Shown in pieces: positions 44,124-50,938 of a stretch of 50,938 nucleotides of DNA. Position numbers and translations under genes: made by a program. Under the pieces are notes generated by a model. It saw only the letters and a list, made by a program, of their open reading frames with translations. It searched no databases and had not been told where the DNA came from. Numbering within the stretch: position 1 is the stretch's first letter; the number at the start of each line of letters is the position of its first letter. The stretch spans positions 1-50,938 of the forward strand of contig JAZOSE010000124.1 in NCBI GenBank assembly GCA_045656965.1. The letters run 5' to 3'. The DNA is from Eubacteriales bacterium. GTDB lineage: Bacteria > Bacillota > Clostridia > Oscillospirales > CAG-272.

Positions 44124-45943
44124 TTATTTAAGTAAAAGAACCGAGGCGTCGAAGGGGGCGACCTCACTTTCTTTTCCGTAGAGAACGCGGGCGACACCAA
44201 GACTACCCATAACGGTAAAGTCCTGCGTTTCCTTCGTGTGATTGATGACCACGGCAACCGTTCCTTCCTTGCTCTTGTGGAGAGAAAAAGAAGGGAAGGA
44301 TTGGAAAGGAAAACGGGGTATTTCTCAATATACTCCTTGAAGAGCATTTTGTACAGCTCATGCGTGTTGCCCTCAAACGCATTGGCTTTACCGATAAGAT
44401 TTTTCTCAATCGGTGCGTTTACGAAGAATATTCTGCCTTTTCCGTATCGGTTAGAGGCAATAAAGGGGTTTCCGTTTCCGTCGCGCAAAAGAACCTCGGC
44501 GGTCGTTTCCTTTAGCGTAAAGGTGCGAACGCGGTGGAAGGCAATGGCGGCATCCTTAAGCCTAAGCTCGCCCCCCTCGTTATGCTCATAGGAGTCTATC
44601 ACCTTGAGTCCCACCAGCGCTTCAAACTCGGGGAGAATGGCGTTATCAAAGGAAATATAGAGGTCTGCTCCCTCGTAAACCCTCTTTTTGAGCGCCTCAT
44701 ACTTCGGAATGGGCATGGATTCCGCGCCATTAACCGATGGCATAAGATAGAGATCGGCATCGGGAAGCTGATCCTCGGCATAAGCAAAGGAAAGATTGAA
44801 GCCTGCCTTTCGCGCCAAAATATAGCTCATATAGCCAACGCCCCAATGGTCTTGTCCTCGCGTTAAAAGGCAAACGGCATCGTTTTGCGCCGCCGAAAGC
44901 TCGGGCGCATCCTTAAGGAAATCGGCAAATTTCTTTACTTCCTTCAAAACAGGCTTTGCTTTGCCGTGTTTGTCCATCATGCCTAACTCAAGCTCAACCA
45001 TTTTTCTTGTGTAAGGGAAGGTGTTTAAAGTCGTTTGGTCGGCGGCGCACCACCATAAAGCACCCGTGGCTCCGTTTGCCCAAAGCGAAAACAGATTGAC
45101 GCGCATGAAGTGCGCGGCGCTCTCATCGGAGCAGACCATAGGTCCCATTGTGCCGATCTCCTCGGCAAGACAGGGCTTTTTACCAAGATCGGCATAAAAC
45201 TTTGACTGTGCCGTTGGGTGAAGCGTCGTGCGGAAGGAAAGCGTTTCGTCAATGCGTGTGTGCTCGCACCAATAAGGATAGGGGTGTGTCGTTAAAAGGT
45301 CGGTAAACTCCCCTTGATCCTCTATTCTCCAGTTGCCGTCAAGGGTAAGACCGTGCATGCCGGAAACAATGGGTCTTTCGGGGTCTATGGCGCGAATGGC
45401 GTTAGATACCGTTGCGCTGAAGCATGCGGCGTCGTAACGGCTTGCGTTCGACATACCGTTGCATTCGTTGCCAAGGTCCCATGCATAGATCGCGCTATGC
45501 TCCTTGAATTGCTCCACAAAGCCTTTAATAAAGAGCTGCTCTAAATAAAGGGCAAAGGAGTCGGAGATAAGATTTTTTCCGTACAGAGCGGTAGGAATAA
45601 ATAAGGCTCCGCTCATCCATCCCGTGATAAGACCGACAATCAGGCGCATGCCGTATTTTTCGCACAGATCAAGGAAAATGGAAAAGCGGTCCAGCATTTC
45701 CTCGTCTAAATAATATTTGTTGCTCCTTTTGCAGTCGGCGTAGTATTCGGCTATCGCGCCGCCTGCGGTATAATTGGGAGCGACGGGCTGAAAATCGCGC
45801 CAATTAGGGAAAACCCGCATATAGCGCACGCCGTTTTCTTTGAGGGTTGCAAGATCCTTTTCGATCGCCGCCGCATCAAAGCTTCGCCACATATCCGCGC
45901 CCGCGTTCGATGCCCAATAGTTGCATCCAAGCATAAATTCCAT
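44124..45943 (-). pseudogene. clan GH-A glycoside hydrolase (GH5/GH42-like), reading frame broken near its 3' end
   Basis: (beta/alpha)8 glycosidase motifs (WDLGNECNG acid/base, LAEEIGTMG candidate nucleophile). After ...NPSLLF the frame becomes R/K-rich junk and runs through the terminator into tspO. A second frame encodes a plausible C-terminus (HKSKEGTVAVVINHTKETQDFTV...APFDASVLLLK*) that stops at 44124. One extra A in the A5 run (44285-44289) joins the two frames. Confidence 0.65.
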
Positions 45944-46125
45944 AGAAAGCACCTCCATATTCTTCTTTAATGATAATACTTTTAGAGGAAATAATAAATA
46001 TAGAACACGGTTTTTTATAATTTTTAGCTCTATAAATTTTGTTTTCGCTCGTAAATTTATAAAATTTGTTCAAAACTGTTGCAAAAGAGCGTTGCTTGTG
46101 CTAAACTCTTTTTGAGGTGATAGAG

Positions 46126-46905
46126 ATGATTTTTCGCGATGAGGTGTATAACGTTTCGGGAATATATAACGTTGTGCGCTACGCGCCCAAAGGGCAAAGC
46201 GTTTATAAATATCCTGCCACGCTTCCCACGCACGAGCTGATGTATATTATAAAGGGGAGCATCGTTTTAAGCTTTCACGGTAAAAAAATGTCGGTTGGCG
46301 CGGGGGATATCGTGTATCTGCCGAAGGGTATCGAGGGCACAGATTACTCTATGCGTGTTTTGGAGGATTTTGACCTATATAACGTATACTTCCATACAGA
46401 TTCTCCTATGCCGAAGGAGGCTGTCCTTCTCAATGCCAGCGAGGAAATCTTCAAAAGCCTATACGAGAAGCTGTACCGCACCTGGAAGGGCAAAAGCGAA
46501 GGCTATTATTTTAAGAGCATGCAACAGTTTTATTATATCATAGAGCGACTGCATTTTGAGCAAGGCAATTATGCAAGCTCCTCCTCGCTTTCAAGGCTTG
46601 ATAAAGCGGAGGAATATATGGCAGAGCATTATTGTGATGCTCATTTTGATTATAACGCCCTGTGCGCTGCTACCGAGCTTTCTTACTCTCATTTTAAAAA
46701 GCTGTTTATCAGGCGTTACGGTGCACCGCCTGTAAAATATATCACCTTAAAGAAGATCAACCGCGCCGCAGAGCTTCTTTTGACGGAGAAATTTTCGGTT
46801 TCAGAGGTAGCCGAGCTGTGCGGCTTTGAAAACGTCTACTATTTTTCAAATGTTTTCAAACGCTATAAGGGCGTCTCTCCGAAGGGCTTTCAGAAAAGCA
46901 AATAA
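46126..46905 (+). CDS. AraC family transcriptional regulator (cupin sensor + HTH)
   Basis: C-terminal AraC-type double HTH (ELCGFENVYYFSNVFKRYKGVSPKGF). Divergent from the glycosidase. The ATG at 46126 lies 8 nt after a GAGG SD. Confidence 0.9.
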   Translation: MIFRDEVYNVSGIYNVVRYAPKGQSVYKYPATLPTHELMYIIKGSIVLSFHGKKMSVGAGDIVYLPKGIEGTDYSMRVLEDFDLYNVYFHTDSPMPKEAVLLNASEEIFKSLYEKLYRTWKGKSEGYYFKSMQQFYYIIERLHFEQGNYASSSSLSRLDKAEEYMAEHYCDAHFDYNALCAATELSYSHFKKLFIRRYGAPPVKYITLKKINRAAELLLTEKFSVSEVAELCGFENVYYFSNVFKRYKGVSPKGFQKSK

Positions 46906-47657
46906 AAATCCCCCGTAACGGGGGGATTTTTATTTTTGATCGAGGTAACACGTGCGCCGAGGATAAATTCAACGCCGCGGGAAGTGTAATCCTTTTCCAA
47001 AAGCTTTGAAATATCTCTGTCGGTTGCGCCTGCAATGTGGTCAAGCATCTCCACAACGTAGACCTTTGAGCCAACGGAATTAAAATAGGAAGCCATTTCA
47101 AGACCGATAACACCGCCGCCCACAACAACGATGGTCTTGGGGATCGAGGGAAGGTCAAGAACCTCGCGGTTGGTCAGGGCGAAGCCCTCAGCGAGAGATT
47201 CCTTTAGTCCGTCAATAGGCGGGAGTGCGGGGGAGGATCCTGTTGCGATCAAAAGTTGCTTTCCGACGTATTCCTTGCCGTCTGCTACGACAACGAAGCC
47301 GTCCGCGTCTCTTTCCTTGATTACTGCACTTGCCTTTACGACCTCAACGCCGCTCTTTTTTAGCTTTGCGCCAACACCGGCAACCAACTGCTTTACAACG
47401 CCGTTTTTGCGGTTGACAACGAAGGCATGGTCGATAGCGGCGGAGCCGAAGGTCACACCGTAATCTGCACCGTGCTTGGCGTAGTCGTAGATCTTTGCGG
47501 AGTAGAGAAGAGTTTTGGTGGGGATACAGCCCTCATTGAGGCAAACGCCGCCGAGCGCTCTTTCCTCAACAACGAGCGTTTTAAGTCCTGTGTGACCCGC
47601 GCGCTCAGCCGCGTTATATCCGGCGGGACCGCCGCCCAGAATAATTAAATCGTACAT
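46890..47657 (-). pseudogene. dihydrolipoyl dehydrogenase (E3) N-terminal fragment, 3'-truncated
   Basis: FAD motif ILGGGPAGY, redox disulfide GGVCLNEGCIPTK and NAD motif VVVGGGVIGLE are present. The ORF ends after about 240 homologous residues, whereas a full E3 is about 460 aa. Its last about 15 codons are the translated AraC terminator hairpin. Confidence 0.8.
46904..46937. terminator. intrinsic terminator after the AraC gene
   Basis: AAAAATCCCCC-GTAAC-GGGGGATTTTT hairpin followed by a T-run. Confidence 0.85.
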
Positions 47658-47677
47658 CGTTTCTTCCGTCCCTTCGC

Positions 47678-47795
47678 TTATTTTGCTAAAAGCACGTCGA
47701 TGTTTTCAAGCGCGTAGCCGATCGCCTTTAAGAAGCGAGCCGCGTCTGCACCGTCAAGAATTCTGTGGTCTACGGTACTAAATGTCAATAACAGC
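47678..47795 (-). pseudogene. C-terminal remnant of a 2-oxoacid dehydrogenase E2 acyltransferase
   Basis: The minus frame reads LTFSTVDHRILDGADAARFLKAIGYALENIDVLLAK*, i.e. the catalytic DHRxxDG motif and the E2 C-terminus. The stop is 20 nt before the E3 ATG. No upstream homologous sequence or start codon. Confidence 0.75.
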
Positions 47796-47934
47796 GCCAA
47801 AAGTTTTTTCGTTATTCTTTTGTTTTTTTCAAAACGAAAGAAAATCGAAAGATATAAGGGGGCTGTGAAAGATCAGTAGAGAAAAGGTGAAAATTAAAAA
47901 GAAGAACGCTCGCAAATTGTATGGGAAATAAATG

Positions 47935-47960
47935 AAAAAGGACCGACGCTTTGTCGGTCC
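47935..47960 (-). terminator. intrinsic terminator after the CDF transporter gene
   Basis: On the minus strand: GGACCGAC...GTCGGTCC hairpin followed by a T5 run. Confidence 0.8.
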
Positions 47961-47973
47961 TCTTAGGCGATTT

Positions 47974-48861
47974 TTAGTGCTTGTGATGATGTCGGTGACG
48001 TACCGTCGCTTCAAAGCGGCACTCGGAGTCCTCGCACGTATCCCCTTGGCTTTCAAGCTCGACCGTTACGTGTGTAATACCGTGCTCCCGTAGCTCCGCT
48101 TTTATTTTTTTCTTGACATCAGAGCGCTCCGCGGTAGTCACCGCGTGCATCGTTGCGAGATGGTTTTCTCCGTCAAGGCTCCAAAGATGTAGGTGATGAA
48201 CGTCGGTAATTCCTTCGATTTTAAGCAAATGCTCTATGATTTCTTCTCTTGAGATTCCATCAGGTGCTTTTTCAAGCAGAACAGAAAAAACCTTTTTTAA
48301 GTTTTTTATCGCGTTGATTATTATGAATAGAGCAACGCCGATGGACATAAGAGGATCAATTATGGAAAGCTCGGTAAATTTCATAACGACGGCGCCGATA
48401 AGAACGACGACCCATCCGAGCACGTCCTCAAGCATATGAAGGTTGACGGACCTTTGATTGAGCGATTCGCCCTTATGGGTCAAAAGCGCCGCGACAAAAT
48501 TCACCGTCACGCCTACAATGGCAAAAACGATCATTCCGTTAAAATGGATCACCGTAGGCACAAAGATACGCTTTACAGCGTTGTAGATGACTAAGGCGGA
48601 GCCGAGTAAAAGCACTGCCGTGGTTATTAGACCTCCGAGCAGAGAATAGCGCGCGTAACCGTAGGTATATTTCCCGTCGGGCGGTCTTTTGCTTTTCTTT
48701 TCAAGAAAATATGAGATGCCGATACTTGCGGCGTCTCCTAAGTCGTGAAGCGCGTCTGAAAGGATGGCAACGCTTCCCGTAAAAAATCCGCCCACCGATT
48801 CAAAAACGGCAAAGGTAAAATTCAAGATAAAGGCGATAAATATCCGTTTTTCCGATTTCAT
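47974..48861 (-). CDS. cation diffusion facilitator family metal exporter (CzcD/ZitB-like)
   Basis: 295 aa. TM1-2 motif SVAILSDALHDLGDA, 6 TM segments, a cytoplasmic C-terminal domain and a His-rich tail RHRHHHKH. Confidence 0.92.
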   Translation of the reverse strand: MKSEKRIFIAFILNFTFAVFESVGGFFTGSVAILSDALHDLGDAASIGISYFLEKKSKRPPDGKYTYGYARYSLLGGLITTAVLLLGSALVIYNAVKRIFVPTVIHFNGMIVFAIVGVTVNFVAALLTHKGESLNQRSVNLHMLEDVLGWVVVLIGAVVMKFTELSIIDPLMSIGVALFIIINAIKNLKKVFSVLLEKAPDGISREEIIEHLLKIEGITDVHHLHLWSLDGENHLATMHAVTTAERSDVKKKIKAELREHGITHVTVELESQGDTCEDSECRFEATVRHRHHHKH

Positions 48862-48881
48862 ATGATCCTCATTTCTTAGTG

Positions 48882-48910
48882 TTGACTAAGCTTTTATTTC
48901 GTGGTATAAT
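48882..48910 (+). promoter_or_regulatory. near-consensus sigma-A promoter (extended -10) upstream of the TetR gene
   Basis: TTGACT (48882-48887), 17-nt spacer ending in TGG, TATAAT (48905-48910). Confidence 0.65.
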
Positions 48911-48922
48911 ACCTTTGTTACT

Positions 48923-48935
48923 GAACAAACCGTTC
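48923..48935. promoter_or_regulatory. candidate operator palindrome GAAC-N5-GTTC
   Basis: GAACAAACCGTTC lies 13-25 nt downstream of the -10. Related half-sites: ACGTTC (48948-48953) and GTTC-N6-GAAC (48991-49004). Confidence 0.35.
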
Positions 48936-49033
48936 TATAAAAATGATACGTTCTAAAAACAGAAAAGGCAATAGATACTTTTTGTATAGCGTTCGATACG
49001 GAACAAAATTAAAATATTGTACGGAGAAAAAGC

Positions 49034-49585
49034 ATGGATAGAAGGCAGAAGAAAACGCGTGAGGCGATCTTTAAGGCATTTATTGCGCTTTTATCAAAAA
49101 AGCGCTATGAAAAAATAACCGTTGGAGAAATTATCGAAGAGGCAAACGTTGGCAGAGCTACGTTTTACGCGCATTTTGAAACCAAGGACTTTTTGCTCAA
49201 GGAGCTTTGCGAGGAGCTTTTTTGTCACGTTTTCGATACCGCCGTTGGTGGAAGGGAGGGGCATTCGCACGTTTTTTCATGTGATACGAACGTCTCTCTC
49301 GTGCTTCACTTGTTAAAGCATTTTGAAAAGAACGACAATCATATTTCAGAGCTTTTAGTCGCCGATAGCAACGAGCTCTTTTTACGCTATTTTAAGGAAA
49401 GCTTGAATGCTTTGATTCAAAAGGAGGGCGTGACCTTCGAAAACAAAAAGCCTGCAACCGTTCCAATGGATTTTTGGGTCAACCACGTTTCCTCCACCTT
49501 TGTTGAAACGGTAAAATGGTGGGTAAAAAACGGAAGAAGAGAGTCTGCTGAGCAGCTTGCCGAGTATTTCGCCGCTTTGATTTAA
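49034..49585 (+). CDS. TetR/AcrR family transcriptional regulator
   Basis: 183 aa. N-terminal HTH KTREAIFKAFIALLSKKRYEKITVGEIIEEANVGRATFYAHF. Confidence 0.92.
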   Translation: MDRRQKKTREAIFKAFIALLSKKRYEKITVGEIIEEANVGRATFYAHFETKDFLLKELCEELFCHVFDTAVGGREGHSHVFSCDTNVSLVLHLLKHFEKNDNHISELLVADSNELFLRYFKESLNALIQKEGVTFENKKPATVPMDFWVNHVSSTFVETVKWWVKNGRRESAEQLAEYFAALI

Positions 49586-49641
49586 AATAAAAACCGATTG
49601 AATACAGAGTGGGGGCGTGTGAGTTTTTTTCCTCGTATTGC

Positions 49642-49670
49642 TTGAATTCTTTGTACGAGTATGTTATAAT
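49642..49670 (+). promoter_or_regulatory. sigma-A promoter (extended -10) for the downstream membrane protein gene
   Basis: TTGAAT (49642-49647), 17-nt spacer ending in TGT, TATAAT (49665-49670). Confidence 0.55.
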
Positions 49671-49707
49671 AACACCGTTAATAAAATTTCAGACAGGGAC
49701 AAATGCT

Positions 49708-50448
49708 ATGGGTAAGCTGATCATCTTCAATTTTATTCTTATTGCCTTGATTGTGGTGGGATTGTGTCTAATTAAAAAATATGTTAAAAAAGAACGTACC
49801 CGAAGCACAATTCTTTTTATAGCTGCGCTTTTTACGATACTTTTCCATTACAGCACCTTCCTTTTCAAGCTTCTCTTTGGCGGCAACGCGATGGAATATT
49901 TAAGCCAAACTCCCAATTTGATTTTACCGATCTATCCTTGTAATGTTGTGATGTGGTCGGCTCTCATCTTCGCCCTTTTAAAAAACAAGAGTTCGAGGCT
50001 CGGCGCATTCTTCACGGATTACATATTTTGGTTTGGCATAATTTCTACGCTTGTTGGTATGTTTGCCAACGTGGATTTTATAAACAACCCCACGCTTGCC
50101 GATTATGAGAACGTCAAAAGCATCGCGGCACACGCCACGCTCCTCTTTAACGTTCTTTTGCTTCCGCTTTTCGGATATGTGAAGGTAAACGTAAAAAGAA
50201 ATATCACGAACATTATCGTTTCCATTTTTGTAATGGCGGCTATCGGTGGCTATTGCAATCTTATATTCCGCGCCCTCGTTTCCGAAGCGGCGGCTTATGA
50301 TGTAAACTCCATGTTTTTGATCCACTCACCCTTTGACGGCGTCCGCTTTTTAACGTATCCCGTAATCTCGTTGATCGCTGTGCCAATCTATCTTGCCCTT
50401 TTCACTATCTGCGACCGCCTTATCCATAGAAAAGATAGAAACGATTAG
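49708..50448 (+). CDS. polytopic integral membrane protein (possibly YwaF/TIGR02206-like)
   Basis: The ATG at 49708 gives 246 aa with about 7 hydrophobic segments. The family guess rests only on size and the LPIYPCN motif. Confidence 0.5.
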   Translation: MGKLIIFNFILIALIVVGLCLIKKYVKKERTRSTILFIAALFTILFHYSTFLFKLLFGGNAMEYLSQTPNLILPIYPCNVVMWSALIFALLKNKSSRLGAFFTDYIFWFGIISTLVGMFANVDFINNPTLADYENVKSIAAHATLLFNVLLLPLFGYVKVNVKRNITNIIVSIFVMAAIGGYCNLIFRALVSEAAAYDVNSMFLIHSPFDGVRFLTYPVISLIAVPIYLALFTICDRLIHRKDRND

Positions 50449-50491
50449 AGGGTATGTACGCTAAAAAACACTTCGGCAAGCTCTGACAAAA

Positions 50492-50525
50492 AGCAACGGA
50501 GACCAGCTCCGTTGCTTTTTCTTTC
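50492..50525 (+). terminator. intrinsic terminator
   Basis: AGCAACGGA-GACCAGC-TCCGTTGCT hairpin followed by TTTTTCTTTC. Confidence 0.8.
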
Positions 50526-50629
50526 TAGTATTTAAATCGGCGATTTACTCCGCATCGTATATCCGCATCCGCAAGCCAAAGCAAAAATCCAACCAACGAG
50601 CATGAGTGCAGTAGTCAAAGAAAACAGCC

Positions 50630-50938
50630 TTATGGCTTCATCACCTTAATAAAACGGAACATTTCATCAGGACCTTCATCGGGATCACGCTCCTCGTCAT
50701 CGGGCATCGGATGGTCGGGCCGAAAATATTCACACCAAAATTGGTCGATTTGAAAACCGCATTTGTTTACGTAAAAATGTATGTTTCGTTTTTCAAAATA
50801 CGGAGTGCAAGTCTCCCAGACTTTTGTTTCGGGATGCAGAGCTTCCACCGCCTGCCAAGCACCGTAGCCAATGCCTTTGGTGTGTTCTTCGGGAGAAACG
50901 AAAAGTATCTCAAGCTCGTTGTGATGTGTTTCTTTGTT
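50630..50938 (-). CDS. GNAT family N-acetyltransferase, 5' end outside the window
   Basis: The frame is open to the window edge. It reads ...ELEILFVSPEEHTKGIGYGAWQAVE..., the acetyl-CoA binding motif A region, then the NIHFYVNKCGF motif B region. Confidence 0.75.
   Translation of the reverse strand, partial: NKETHHNELEILFVSPEEHTKGIGYGAWQAVEALHPETKVWETCTPYFEKRNIHFYVNKCGFQIDQFWCEYFRPDHPMPDDEERDPDEGPDEMFRFIKVMKP

Noticed and set aside
47796-47934. ORF 47829-48056 (-) and tiny basic ORFs (e.g. a GTG-started KIKKKNARKLYGK) in the spacer between the E2 remnant and the CDF terminator
   Set aside because: The 75-aa ORF overlaps the CDF gene 3' end and its terminator. The mini-ORFs are too short and lack support. 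The region looks like scar DNA left by the operon truncation.
48943-49040. 32-codon uORF (MIRSKNRKGNRYFLYSV...) in the TetR leader, overlapping the TetR ATG
   Set aside because: It has no SD and an arbitrary basic composition. The leader is better explained by operator half-sites.
1-50938. Scan for CRISPR arrays, tRNA/rRNA genes, IS elements, integrases, prophage or known defence-system genes
   Set aside because: I saw no regularly spaced repeats, no tRNA-like T-arm (GGTTCGAATCC-type) motifs, and no transposase, integrase or recombinase-like ORFs. No ORFs carry hallmark defence domains. The window is essentially core chromosome plus a small decayed or accessory stretch at 44-48 kb.

Overview
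This window looks like a chromosomal, mostly housekeeping segment of a Gram-positive Firmicutes/Clostridia-type genome. The pointers are PolC, a type III glutamine synthetase, a SpoVD-like PBP with PASTA domains and DUF1292; GC is roughly 50% by eye.

Layout:
- (i) 0-14.6 kb: htpG, a degenerate PheA-like ORF, a TSCPD protein, phosphoglucomutase, lepA-hemW, DUF1292, a candidate 6S-like RNA, a LUD-domain protein, an O-antigen-ligase-like membrane protein, glnN (GS-III), and a DtxR/MntR-like regulator divergent from an MFS transporter.
- (ii) 14.7-26.4 kb, minus strand: a division/cell-wall (dcw) cluster mraZ-rsmH-orf149-pbp-murE-murF-mraY-ftsW-murG. ftsZ follows as a separate unit. There is no murD, ftsQ or ftsA.
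- (iii) 26.8-40.1 kb, plus strand: orf111-ispD-ispF, rpe, then pyrH-frr-uppS-cdsA-dxr-rseP-ispG-polC.
- (iv) 40.1-50.9 kb, more accessory-looking: a three-gene small-protein operon, a YfcE-like phosphoesterase, a fused ABC exporter, tspO, a frameshifted glycoside hydrolase with a divergent AraC regulator, a relic of a 2-oxoacid dehydrogenase E2/E3 operon, a CDF metal exporter, a TetR regulator, a membrane protein and a partial GNAT.

I found no CRISPR array, tRNA/rRNA, transposase/integrase or recognisable defence system.

No clear novel multi-gene system is demonstrable from sequence alone. The best candidates for something undescribed are:
- the tightly coupled Cys-rich small-protein operon at 40113-41006;
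- the htpG-coupled catalytically degenerate PheA-like protein;
- the paired, oppositely oriented GTGGTG (MraZ-box-like) repeats around the mraZ promoter;
- a 6S-like structured RNA candidate.

All family assignments come from motif recognition by eye, without database searches.
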